A stretch of 64,000 nt of DNA from an uncultured Methanosarcinales archaeon (GTDB lineage Archaea > Nanobdellota > Nanobdellia > Woesearchaeales > ARS49): NCBI GenBank assembly GCA_964358315.1, contig CAYHOF010000005.1:19354-83353 (forward strand). Direction: 5' to 3'. Position numbers and translations under genes: made by a program. Positions 18,546 to 27,506 of the stretch are shown here, piece by piece. The notes beneath the pieces are model-generated. The model was not told where the DNA came from and made no database searches. It was given only the letters and a program-made list of their open reading frames with translations. Within the stretch, counting starts at the first letter, position 1, and every line of letters begins with the position of its first letter.

Positions 18546-19484
18546 ATGTCAGAACACATGTTGTACGTCAAGAAGTGCCCTGAGTGCGCCAGCATCAATC
18601 TTTTCATCAATCGCGACAAAGGCGAGATCATCTGCAAGGATTGCGGTATCGTCGTCGAGGACAAGATGGTCGAGTTCGACCAGGAATGGCGTGATTTCGA
18701 TTCTGATGGCGAAGCCGGCAACAGTGGACGCCGCACCGGCGCGCCCATGACCTACACACAGTTCGACCGCGGTCTCGGCACTGAGGTCGGCCAGAAGGCA
18801 GACCTTCTCGCGCTTGGCAGCAAGGACCGCAACAAGTTCTTCCGCCTCCGCAAATGGCAGTACCGCATCAGCACCGCCATCGAGCGCAACCTCAAACTCG
18901 CGCTCGCAGAGCTCAAGCGCGTCTCGTCCTTCCTCAAGCTGCCGCGCAGCGTCGAGGAAGAGGCGGCCATGATCTACACGCAGGCGGTCCAGCGCGGCCT
19001 CGTGCGCGGCAGGTCCATGGAGTCCGTCGTGTCCGGCGCGCTCTACGCAGCATGCAGGCGCCACGAAGTGCCCCGCACGCTCGACGAGCTCTCGGAAGCT
19101 TCCGGCATCGAGAAGAAGGAGATCGGACGCACCTACCGTTTCGTCACGCGCGAACTCGGCATCAAGATCCTGCCAAGCAATCCCGCTGACTACATCGCAC
19201 GCTTCGCTTCCAGCCTCAAGCTGGCCGCCGAGACGCAGAGTAAAGCTGTTGAGATCCTTGAGCGCGCGCAGAACAGCGAACTCACGAGCGGCCGCGGCCC
19301 CACAGGAATTGCAGCGGCTTCACTGTACGTGAGCGCGCTCATCCACGGCGAGAAGCGCACGCAGCGCGAAGTGGCTGATGTCGCAGGCGTGACCGAAGTC
19401 ACGATCAGAAACCGCTACAAGGAACTCCTTGAGAAGCTCAAGCTCGACAAGGAGATCAAGAAGCAGAAAAAGAAGAAGCGGTAG
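18546..19484 (+). CDS. tfb: Transcription initiation factor IIB
   Basis: CPEC...CKDCG Zn ribbon, EWRDF, two cyclin repeats, VTEVTIRNRYKEL. Confidence 0.98.
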   Translation: MSEHMLYVKKCPECASINLFINRDKGEIICKDCGIVVEDKMVEFDQEWRDFDSDGEAGNSGRRTGAPMTYTQFDRGLGTEVGQKADLLALGSKDRNKFFRLRKWQYRISTAIERNLKLALAELKRVSSFLKLPRSVEEEAAMIYTQAVQRGLVRGRSMESVVSGALYAACRRHEVPRTLDELSEASGIEKKEIGRTYRFVTRELGIKILPSNPADYIARFASSLKLAAETQSKAVEILERAQNSELTSGRGPTGIAAASLYVSALIHGEKRTQREVADVAGVTEVTIRNRYKELLEKLKLDKEIKKQKKKKR

Positions 19485-19498
19485 TCGAGCAGGGCTCC

Positions 19499-20296
19499 AT
19501 GACTGGTTTCGAGATGGGTCCAACGCTCGCATGGTACGAACGTGCGGGTGTTTCTCTGCCTTGCATCTCAAAACAGCCATTGCCATTTCCCATCGAGAAC
19601 ACACAGTGCATCCAACTTGATGCCAATGTGCTTGGTGGATTGTTCGACCTCTTCCCTGCATCTGCGAGGAAGAGATCCATTCTCAGAAAGGTTGTAGGCC
19701 AACCCACAACGTGGTTTCGCCATGACTCATTGGACGGCCAGATAACGACGACAACCAAGGTTGATGATGCGCTGACGCCCACATCATTTGTTCCTTCATA
19801 CTGCGACTACTCACCGTGGCGCGAACTCAAGCGTCCCACGGCAGATGTCTGGCTCTACAAGATGCCACAAACGGTGCCAGAACATCAACGCACAATCGTT
19901 CTCGCAGAAGGTTTTTTGCACGAGATCGGGCATACGCTCGCTCAACCCGCACTCTATGTCGATGATTACGCGCTTCGCTTGGGATCAAGCGGTCGTGTCG
20001 TGAATGGTCTGGAGTTCGTGATCGAATTTGCCAACCTTGCAGAAAAGCACCCGCCCATATCGCATTACGCGTCAGAATACAGATGGCAAAACAAGTTCGA
20101 GGGCCATCCGCGGCATGATCCCAAGACGTGCATAAGCGAAGAGCTCTGTGAGAGCATTGCCGCGTATTTTCTTGGTTTTTCCTATCGCGCTGATGATACA
20201 GAAAACCCGAATCCGTTCATCGAAAGGCCCGAAATCCAGCACTTTGTTGAAGAATTCCTGCTTGCAGAAAGGGTCGAGAGCACTAAGGACAGTTGA
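19499..20296 (+). CDS. Hypothetical protein with zincin-like HEIGH motif
   Basis: LHEIGH ... ISHYA ... EELCE. Confidence 0.6.
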   Translation: MTGFEMGPTLAWYERAGVSLPCISKQPLPFPIENTQCIQLDANVLGGLFDLFPASARKRSILRKVVGQPTTWFRHDSLDGQITTTTKVDDALTPTSFVPSYCDYSPWRELKRPTADVWLYKMPQTVPEHQRTIVLAEGFLHEIGHTLAQPALYVDDYALRLGSSGRVVNGLEFVIEFANLAEKHPPISHYASEYRWQNKFEGHPRHDPKTCISEELCESIAAYFLGFSYRADDTENPNPFIERPEIQHFVEEFLLAERVESTKDS

Positions 20297-20337
20297 TTCA
20301 CATTCTTTAAAAGAAGGGGTGGTGGCAACGACACCTC

Positions 20338-21186
20338 ATGGTCAAGGACACGCGCTACGCGCTCATCGCGGACATCCACGCGAACATCGTCGCGCTTGAC
20401 GCAGTCCTTGCGCAGATCGACAAGGAAGGCATCGATGAGATCGTCTGTCTTGGCGACATCGTGGGCTATGGGCCCCGTCCGCGCGAGTGCATCGAACGCG
20501 TGAAGCAACGTTGTGAGCACGTCATCGCAGGCAACCATGACCGCGTCGTGATGTCGCGCGACCACGACGCGTTGCAGTTGAGCCTGTTCGACCATCACAT
20601 CTCTCCTCGTTGGTACGAATCCTTCCGTTGGACACACAGGATGTTGTGCGACGACGATAGGGACTACTTGCGGTCGTTACCATTGCAACTCCTCTTCGAC
20701 CATTTTGTCGCAGCACACGCCAAACCAAACGCGGGCGGTTCGTTCGCCGCGAGGAAGCAACGCTTCAGCAAGTACTTGATGTCCGATGACGGTCAGCCGA
20801 CACCCCCGATGCTTGAGGTCCTTGCGTACGTGCAAGAACTTCAAGTAGCCAATACTGCCAGATGCATGACTGCGCCCTACGCCGCGGTCTTCGGCCACAC
20901 GCACAAGCCATACCTCCTTGACAACGGGACGTTCTTGGTGCAAGGGAAAAGGAAGAGAACGCTCTCGTTCATGAACTGTGACGACCATCCTGTGCTCGTC
21001 AACGTGCCCTCAGTGGGGCTTCCGCGCGATGGCGACAAGCGCGCGGGCTACGCCATCATCGACGGCACCGGCGTATCGCTGGTCAGGATACCGTACGACG
21101 TCAAGGCAGCCGTCAGGATGATGTTCACGACGCCAGGGTATGACGTGAACGAACGCATACTCAGCCACGTCAAGACTGGCGTGTGA
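20338..21186 (+). CDS. Calcineurin-like metallophosphoesterase
   Basis: ADIHAN, LGDIVGYG, GNHD, FGHTH, SVGLPRDGD. Confidence 0.9.
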   Translation: MVKDTRYALIADIHANIVALDAVLAQIDKEGIDEIVCLGDIVGYGPRPRECIERVKQRCEHVIAGNHDRVVMSRDHDALQLSLFDHHISPRWYESFRWTHRMLCDDDRDYLRSLPLQLLFDHFVAAHAKPNAGGSFAARKQRFSKYLMSDDGQPTPPMLEVLAYVQELQVANTARCMTAPYAAVFGHTHKPYLLDNGTFLVQGKRKRTLSFMNCDDHPVLVNVPSVGLPRDGDKRAGYAIIDGTGVSLVRIPYDVKAAVRMMFTTPGYDVNERILSHVKTGV

Positions 21187-21553
21187 AGACGTGACGTTTT
21201 GATAAGAACTCGTTCACGCGACCCTTCTCGATCGCCACGCCTTCGTTCTCCAACAATTCGATTTTTTTCGTCACTTGCGCACCTGTCCGTGCGCCCATGA
21301 ACCCGCCGATCGATCCATCTGATGCGACGACGCGATGGCACGGGACGGCAGGAGCAACGGGCTTTTGGCCCGTGCGCACAAAACGCCCGGCGTTTTGTTG
21401 CGCGTACGGGTTCCTACGCAACGCTTGACCGATCGCACGAGGAGAATCGATGCCGAGCGCGTGCGCGAGATCGGCGTACGTTGTTATCTTGCCCATTGGA
21501 ACATCGCGCAGCTTCGCGTAGACGCGGTCCTGGAATGCGGTTGTGTCAGTCAT
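21170..21553 (-). CDS. ogt: Methylated-DNA-protein-cysteine methyltransferase (MGMT) with a 16-aa insertion
   Basis: VPMGKITTY, RAIGQAL, PCHRVV, LLENEG. Confidence 0.88.
   Translation of the reverse strand: MTDTTAFQDRVYAKLRDVPMGKITTYADLAHALGIDSPRAIGQALRRNPYAQQNAGRFVRTGQKPVAPAVPCHRVVASDGSIGGFMGARTGAQVTKKIELLENEGVAIEKGRVNEFLSKRHVFTRQS
21356..21403. repeat. 48-bp double-hairpin palindromic element inside MGMT
   Basis: ACGGGC-TTTTG-GCCCGT followed by GCGC-ACAAAACGC-CCG-GCGTTTTGT-T-GCGC. Confidence 0.7.
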
Positions 21554-21653
21554 GTGCGAATTTCTTGGTCCGATGCGGCCCGCCGCGCTTGAAGAACTTT
21601 CCGCTCTTGCGTTTCTTGTGCGTCTTGCGCTGGTACGGGAGGCCTTCGTCCAT
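21546..21653 (-). CDS. Basic microprotein (35 aa)
   Basis: MDEGLPYQRKTHKKRKSGKFFKRGGPHRTKKFAHD; TTTAAGTA box about 25 nt upstream; overlaps the MGMT start. Confidence 0.5.
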   Translation of the reverse strand: MDEGLPYQRKTHKKRKSGKFFKRGGPHRTKKFAHD

Positions 21654-21732
21654 GCGGTCAATACGCGTTTCGCATACTTAAACCATTGCTGAATCACAAG
21701 TATTATCAGGCACTGCTTTTTTCGAGCGACGT

Positions 21733-22134
21733 ATGCAACCTGACGTTCTCGTTGAGTATTGGTCGATGCTGCAGGGCATGGCACTGGCGTGCGCGAAGGT
21801 TGAGGGGTATAGCGCGAGGGTTTGGAAGGACACCGGAATAAAGACCCTTTCAGAAATGGTGCTTGGCCGTGATCATTGGCATCGTTATGACAAGATCATC
21901 GTCTGTCGTCCTTGGCTGCCGTTGGTGACTGACCGGGCGGTGATGACCATCGTCAATCGCATTCGGGATTCTGAGGTGAGGGTTGCGGTGGAGGAAGGGC
22001 GACTTGAGGGAGTGCGCTATGAACTCAGCGCTACCGTCCATGACATAAAGTATTGCGCTATCGCAAGAGACCATATAGACGCCTATGCCACGAAGTACGG
22101 TTTCAAGACGCTCATCGTTGAACCGAACAGGTAG
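21733..22134 (+). CDS. Hypothetical protein
   Basis: ORF fills the gap between neighbours. Confidence 0.55.
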   Translation: MQPDVLVEYWSMLQGMALACAKVEGYSARVWKDTGIKTLSEMVLGRDHWHRYDKIIVCRPWLPLVTDRAVMTIVNRIRDSEVRVAVEEGRLEGVRYELSATVHDIKYCAIARDHIDAYATKYGFKTLIVEPNR

Positions 22135-22183
22135 TGGCGGGAAATTGCAAAAGTTATTAAGGCAGGGAGTGTTATGCTCTTTC

Positions 22184-22705
22184 ATGAAATTAGGTGTACT
22201 TTCGGTTCTTGCGGTTCTCATGGTCGTCGCTGCGTGCGCGCCTCAAACGGCGCAACAGCAAGCACAACCCGCACCTGCCACAGTACAACCGACTGCCGCG
22301 TTGGCGCAAACGAGTGAGTCGATCATCGTGCCTGCAGGGTCGCGCGAGTGGAAAGCGGCTCCTGCATCGTTGCCGTCTGGCGCGTACATCATGGTCCTTG
22401 AAGGTAACCTGTCGAAGGCCGAGCCGTTCACGTTCCGCTTGAAAGTGCCGGTAGGGTACGTCATCGCGCCGCACACGCATCCTGCAGTCGAGCACGTGAC
22501 CATCCTTTCGGGTGCGTTGCGCTTCGGCGCAGGTGAGACGATCGACAAGGACGCGACCGTTCTTGCAGAAGGCAGCTTCGCGGCATTCCCGACCGGTCAT
22601 GCCATGTACGCGACCGCGCTCGAGGACAGCGTGTTCCAAGTGTATGGCGTGGGCCCCTGGGGCATCACGTACGTGAACCCTGCCGACGATCCACGGAAGA
22701 AGTAG
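22184..22705 (+). CDS. Secreted/lipoprotein cupin (DUF4437-like)
   Basis: Signal with AAAC; PHTHPAVEHVTILSG; GPWGITYVNPADDPR. Confidence 0.8.
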   Translation: MKLGVLSVLAVLMVVAACAPQTAQQQAQPAPATVQPTAALAQTSESIIVPAGSREWKAAPASLPSGAYIMVLEGNLSKAEPFTFRLKVPVGYVIAPHTHPAVEHVTILSGALRFGAGETIDKDATVLAEGSFAAFPTGHAMYATALEDSVFQVYGVGPWGITYVNPADDPRKK

Positions 22706-22774
22706 AGACAGAATTCTTCAGCTAATTGAGGGTGTGGCAATGCTCTCTTGGCGTCCATAACGCTTTTAAGGTCA

Positions 22775-22791
22775 CGTCCAGCGGCTGGACG
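22775..22791. promoter_or_regulatory. Perfect 8+1+8 inverted repeat between the TATA box and the start of the sigma54-activator-like gene
   Basis: CGTCCAGC-G-GCTGGACG just downstream of CTTTTAAG. Confidence 0.5.
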
Positions 22792-24387
22792 ATGATGGAT
22801 ATTGTCCAATTCAAGAATTACGAGCCTCCCAAATACTGCATTGCGGTGGGGCCGCAACACAAGGGTAACGGGCACTACATCATCGGACAAAGTCCTGCGA
22901 TGGTTCAGTTGTTCCACCACATCAATATCCTGGCGCCTCTTCCTACTACCGTGCTCATCCGTGGTGAGACTGGAACGGGCAAAGAACTTGTTGCCAAGGC
23001 GTTGCATTACAATGCCGGAAGCCAACGGCCTTTCGTGCCGGTCAATTGCGCAGGCATCCCTGGAGAGCTGCTCGAGTCCATACTTTTCGGTCATAAAAAA
23101 GGGTCGTTCACGGGCGCGCACGCAGACAAACCAGGACTCGTCGAGGCGGCAGAGGGCGGAACGCTCTTTTTGGACGAAATCGGCGAGATGCCACCGTATT
23201 TGCAGTCGAAGATCCTGCGCATGGTGCAGGAACGCGAGATCACGCGTGTGGGTGACAACACCACGCTGCCTGTGAACACCCGCATCATCGCTGCGACCAA
23301 CCGCGACTTGGAGAAGGCGATAGTGGATGGCAAGTTCTTGCGCGACCTCTTCTATCGTATCAACACGTTCCCGCTGCATCTGCCCTCACTACAGGAGCGG
23401 CGGCAGGACATTCCGCTCATCGCGCAGCACTTGCTGGAGAAGTACAACGCGAAATACGCACCTGCAGGACTCCATATCGATTCGTTCACGCCATCTGCGC
23501 TGGAACAACTGTGCCGTCATGAATGGGCGGGGAACATCAGGCAGCTCGAGAACGTCATCGAGCGTGCGATGATCCTCAAACGCGAGGGCTGCATCGGGCC
23601 CGATCAGATAGTGTTCGACGACGCATCGCTCCTGAAGGCACAAGTCAATCCGCCCTACGGAGTGACGGTGGTCGGAACAATGCCCGATCTGCCGCAGCCA
23701 AAAGAACAGCTGCCATTGATCAGGACAGACGCGGCGCAGCGCATACCTGCTTCTCCGGCAGCTAGCGTCCAGGTCATTGAGAAGGGCATGCATCCTGTCG
23801 TGTCGGACCTCTGGTATGGCCGGGGAGTGCTGCCGATGATGCTCGCAAGCATATGCCAACTGCCGGGTAGCAAGTGCCGCAAAACGCTGTATACTGTGGC
23901 AGAGAGGAATCTTGTGTACTCGGTCAACGTGGGTAGCGACAAACACGCATCGAGGTGCATGTTCCTCACCACGTCGTCGTTGTCTGCAGTATACTCGATA
24001 TGGGACGACGTGGAAGGCTATCACCACCTTCATGATGAGATAGTTGGCGGACGGTTCAATGAAATTGTCCGAAAGCCATTCATGGTGTGTAGTTCCGCGT
24101 TGCTCGTAAAGACAGGGTTTTCGTTCGACAACGAGGAGTTCATAGACCAGAAGGTGAAGTCCACGAATGCATACCAAGCCCGCGGGATGCGAGCCGTTGG
24201 TTTTGTCTTGACTGAAGACCTGGCGCCCGAATTCGTCCACCCGCAGATGAAACAGTCCGTGCCGAAACTGATCGGGATGATTCATTACGCATACCAGCAA
24301 TTCACGTCATGGCGACCAGGACTGCCTGCTGAAGGCAAGGTGTTGCTTCCTGCGACTAGTGTGCCAACGTCAGCACTCTCAACCTAG
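22792..24387 (+). CDS. Sigma54-interaction (bEBP) AAA+ domain protein with unknown C-terminal domain
   Basis: GETGTGKE, VNCAG, ESILFGHKKGSFTGA, LFLDEIGE, IIAATNRDL, RDLFYRI, WAGNIRQLENVIERA. Confidence 0.9.
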   Translation: MMDIVQFKNYEPPKYCIAVGPQHKGNGHYIIGQSPAMVQLFHHINILAPLPTTVLIRGETGTGKELVAKALHYNAGSQRPFVPVNCAGIPGELLESILFGHKKGSFTGAHADKPGLVEAAEGGTLFLDEIGEMPPYLQSKILRMVQEREITRVGDNTTLPVNTRIIAATNRDLEKAIVDGKFLRDLFYRINTFPLHLPSLQERRQDIPLIAQHLLEKYNAKYAPAGLHIDSFTPSALEQLCRHEWAGNIRQLENVIERAMILKREGCIGPDQIVFDDASLLKAQVNPPYGVTVVGTMPDLPQPKEQLPLIRTDAAQRIPASPAASVQVIEKGMHPVVSDLWYGRGVLPMMLASICQLPGSKCRKTLYTVAERNLVYSVNVGSDKHASRCMFLTTSSLSAVYSIWDDVEGYHHLHDEIVGGRFNEIVRKPFMVCSSALLVKTGFSFDNEEFIDQKVKSTNAYQARGMRAVGFVLTEDLAPEFVHPQMKQSVPKLIGMIHYAYQQFTSWRPGLPAEGKVLLPATSVPTSALST

Positions 24388-24402
24388 AAACAACGGAGTT
24401 CG

Positions 24403-25347
24403 TTACGGAGACTCCTTGCCCAAGATGTCCTGGACTTCTTTACGTAGCTTGGTATACTCTCCTTCACTCGCATTGAAGCGCTGTCGCTCAGCTTCTTCTG
24501 CTTGTTGAATTGCGTTGAGGACTGCCGGCCGGTCTACATTCATTAATTTGTGTGCCTCGAGCCACAACGGCATCGATATGGATAGATTTGTGTTGATCTC
24601 ATCGACATAACTCTCGTTATAGTGCTGCGTCCGGGGCGTTCCTTGAGGTAGCTTCCAGTAGTCTTCAGGACCATCCGCGCCACTTCTTCTCAAGACCTCA
24701 TCCATCGTCGGTCCAGGTATGCCGAATCCGCCACCTCCCTGCCAGCGTTCGTGGATTTCGAAGCGCTCGGCCCGTGTCTGTTCTCGCACTGGCACGAGTT
24801 TGTTGACCTGTATCGTGAACATCAATGAGAAGTCATTCATTTCTTCAGATGTGAAAAAGGTTCCGTCACGCAGCATGTACTTCCAGCGGTGAGCATACGT
24901 GTCCCATGGACACACGTCATACTTTTCTGCCGCTTTGTTGAAACGTTTGAGTATGTGGTTGCGTAGTGGTGCACCTGGAGGGTGCTGAAGAAACCCGGTC
25001 ATTGACTCCGTGCTTAGTGCGGTAAGATAACTGCACAAGAGCGCACATGCGTCCCGCTTTTCCTGCGGAGAACCCAGCGAAAATATTCTGTCCGCTGCCA
25101 CGCCCAGATACCCGAACATGATCGGGGGACCGAAGCAGCCGATGCTGCTGGCGCCGTACGTGTTGCCATGGATGTATTCTTCGAGATAGTCCTCTGGCAC
25201 AGGCACTTTACCGCACACGTGTCCGGTCGTGAGCCCTTTCTCCTTCAATGTTTGGTCGATGATGTGTCCAAGATGCCTACCAATGCCATTCCAACTCACG
25301 TCCGGTATTCCTAGATACGCCTTGAACGACACATCAGGTTCACTCAT
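24403..25347 (-). CDS. Hypothetical protein
   Basis: 314-aa ORF with a TATA-like box upstream. Confidence 0.65.
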   Translation of the reverse strand: MSEPDVSFKAYLGIPDVSWNGIGRHLGHIIDQTLKEKGLTTGHVCGKVPVPEDYLEEYIHGNTYGASSIGCFGPPIMFGYLGVAADRIFSLGSPQEKRDACALLCSYLTALSTESMTGFLQHPPGAPLRNHILKRFNKAAEKYDVCPWDTYAHRWKYMLRDGTFFTSEEMNDFSLMFTIQVNKLVPVREQTRAERFEIHERWQGGGGFGIPGPTMDEVLRRSGADGPEDYWKLPQGTPRTQHYNESYVDEINTNLSISMPLWLEAHKLMNVDRPAVLNAIQQAEEAERQRFNASEGEYTKLRKEVQDILGKESP

Positions 25348-25394
25348 ATGACGCGAACGGGGGCATGGCAGCTTAAATCATTTATGCAACAAGG

Positions 25395-25768
25395 CGATAT
25401 TCAGAAACAACAGCTCTCTTTTGTGCAGTACCTTATCTCGTGATAGTCGCGTGCAATCCTTTGATGTGGACGTTGTCCAGCGTTTCAGGGAGCCTTTTAC
25501 GGACATCAAGCAGTTCTATGCCCAGAAGTTTTCCGTTCTTGTCAAGATCAAGCAGCGTGTTGGCATCGACCTCTTTTGTCCTTCCGAACTCGCCTTGCCG
25601 CAGCCGTATGTACATCGCATCCGCATCCTTATCGTACTCAATTTCCATCGTCAGCCCAGTAAAGGGTAATCACCTTTATATTGATTCTCTCAGACCAAAT
25701 CATGTGCTTTTGTGCTTCTTTACGGAATCACATATGCAAGACGATATTCAGAAACAACAACTCTCTTT
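25395..25768. repeat. 27-bp direct repeat (25395-25421, 25742-25768) flanking the DUF2283 gene
   Basis: CGATATTCAGAAACAACA(G/A)CTCTCTTT, one mismatch. Confidence 0.8.
25433..25648 (-). CDS. DUF2283-family small protein
   Basis: MEIEYDKDADAMYIRL...LDLDKNGKLLGIELLD. Confidence 0.85.
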   Translation of the reverse strand: MEIEYDKDADAMYIRLRQGEFGRTKEVDANTLLDLDKNGKLLGIELLDVRKRLPETLDNVHIKGLHATITR

Positions 25769-25894
25769 GTACCCGCACGTTTGGCAGATTGCTTTCTTGC
25801 TGCCTTTGAGCGCGTACATGTCGTTGCCGCACTCAGGGCAGGGCTGCACGTCGGCGTCAAGGTCAAGTGATTGTTTGACGATGTGCGGCTGCAT
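25748..25894 (-). CDS. Small Zn-ribbon protein
   Basis: CPECG...CQTCGYKESCCF. Confidence 0.65.
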   Translation of the reverse strand: MQPHIVKQSLDLDADVQPCPECGNDMYALKGSKKAICQTCGYKESCCF

Positions 25895-25898
25895 TTTT

Positions 25899-26222
25899 TC
25901 AGGGCTTCTGAGGAGTAGGAGGTTCCACGAATTCTTTGAGCGTCTTGAGCCTCTCTTCAAGGGTGGCGATGTCCTCAAGCGCGCGATCCTTCTTGACAGG
26001 TTTAGGATGCCATGCTCCGCCGTCAGGGAGGCGGATCGGCAATGCCTGCACGCCTGCGGCAGTGCGGAAATAGACGAGGTTCTCTTCTCCCGCGACGAGC
26101 AGTTTGCCGCCTGCGGCGTGAAATTTCTCTTTTGTGATCACGATGCCGTATTCATTGTGGTTGATGAAACTAGCGTTGCGCGGAAATTCCACAAGAGTCC
26201 CTGGTGTGTAGGTGTCGGTCAT
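25899..26222 (-). CDS. Hypothetical protein
   Basis: ORF with BRE/TATA-like sequence upstream. Confidence 0.55.
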   Translation of the reverse strand: MTDTYTPGTLVEFPRNASFINHNEYGIVITKEKFHAAGGKLLVAGEENLVYFRTAAGVQALPIRLPDGGAWHPKPVKKDRALEDIATLEERLKTLKEFVEPPTPQKP

Positions 26223-26323
26223 GGTCGTTGTGTGTTTTATATTCTTTAACTTGATTTCGGTTCACCATCACTGATTTCTCTACTACCAAAATATTTTAAT
26301 ATGCATGCACAAGATTCAAACAC

Positions 26324-26731
26324 ATGAACGAAACCTTGACGGAAAGAAAACCTCGCGGGTATGATATTGGTGGAGTGCCTATGTTCTGCGTTCCAGTGCA
26401 GATTTTCCTACGGGCAGGACTCGAAGCCAAGTTCTTTTATGACACTCAAGGCAAAGATAAACGAGTCGATATTGTTGAGATTGGCAAAGAGCAACCACGT
26501 TTATGTCTTCCAGACAAGAGAATTCATATCGGGACGCGAAACGACCTATATGGTATTCTTGAGGAATACAACGCATATGGCTCGTTGGATGATCCGCATC
26601 TTGAATTCACCACGCTTGACGGCTTTTGTGTGCATGATTTGAGATGCAGTTCTATAGGGGACTTCAGGGTTTTTCCAGAGGACAAGGACTACCGTGCAAA
26701 AAGTCAGCCACTCTTGCCAGGGTTCGAATAA
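26324..26731 (+). CDS. Hypothetical protein (AT-richer)
   Basis: ORF with TTTTAATA upstream. Confidence 0.55.
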   Translation: MNETLTERKPRGYDIGGVPMFCVPVQIFLRAGLEAKFFYDTQGKDKRVDIVEIGKEQPRLCLPDKRIHIGTRNDLYGILEEYNAYGSLDDPHLEFTTLDGFCVHDLRCSSIGDFRVFPEDKDYRAKSQPLLPGFE

Positions 26732-26788
26732 GTTCTCAACTATTTTTGAGATACCGGTTTTTATACAGTCGCACATCTCCCGCACGTC

Positions 26789-27505
26789 ATGGAGGGTAGT
26801 CATGAGCTTGAGCGACAGATCGTCCTGAAATTGATCCATGCGCCGCAGGCGAGCTTCAACGAACTGTGGGCCAAGCAGGGTGAGAGCAACACGTTCGCGT
26901 ACCACCTGCACGAGTTGGAGGAGCGTGGTGTCGTGGCAAAGAACGTGCAGGGCGCGTATCAGTTGACGGAGAAAGGCCGTCGGGACTCGGCGTTCATCGA
27001 GGGCGACACGGGATCGCGTGCGGAATTCCCGACGCTGAGCGACGTCATCCTCGTGCGCGACGGCGACAAGTGGCTCTGCCAGCGCCGTCTGAAACAACCG
27101 TTCTTCGGCTATTGGGGATTCGTGTCGGGCAAGATCAATTTCGGGCTCAACGTGTTCGAGTGCGCCACGCGCGACCTCGAGGAAGAAGCTGGCTTGCACG
27201 CGAGCGCGTGGGAGCTCAAGGCGATCGAGCAGGTCAAGACGTTCGAGGACGGCAAACTGTTGCATCATCATTTCTTGTTCCACGTCTACACAGAGAAGTT
27301 CTCTGGCACGTTCATATCCTCGACGCACAAGGCAGAGAACGCGTGGCTCACTCTCGACGAGTATAAAGCCAAGGAGACGTTCCCGAGCGAGAAGTTCTTC
27401 GAGCACATCATTCCGACGAAGAAACCGATCATGCTCGAGGCAGAGCGATTCATGGAGAACGGCAAATTCGTCGGGATGAAGACCGTCAGCGTCATGCATT
27501 TCTGA
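26789..27505 (+). CDS. wHTH + NUDIX domain protein
   Basis: ASFNEL...FAYHLHELEERG wHTH; SGKINFG...CATRDLEEEAG Nudix-like box. Confidence 0.8.
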   Translation: MEGSHELERQIVLKLIHAPQASFNELWAKQGESNTFAYHLHELEERGVVAKNVQGAYQLTEKGRRDSAFIEGDTGSRAEFPTLSDVILVRDGDKWLCQRRLKQPFFGYWGFVSGKINFGLNVFECATRDLEEEAGLHASAWELKAIEQVKTFEDGKLLHHHFLFHVYTEKFSGTFISSTHKAENAWLTLDEYKAKETFPSEKFFEHIIPTKKPIMLEAERFMENGKFVGMKTVSVMHF

Positions 27506-27506
27506 A

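Noticed and set aside
22734..22752. Sigma54 -24/-12 promoter upstream of the bEBP-like gene
   Set aside because: TGGCA is present but there is no TTGC at the required spacing.
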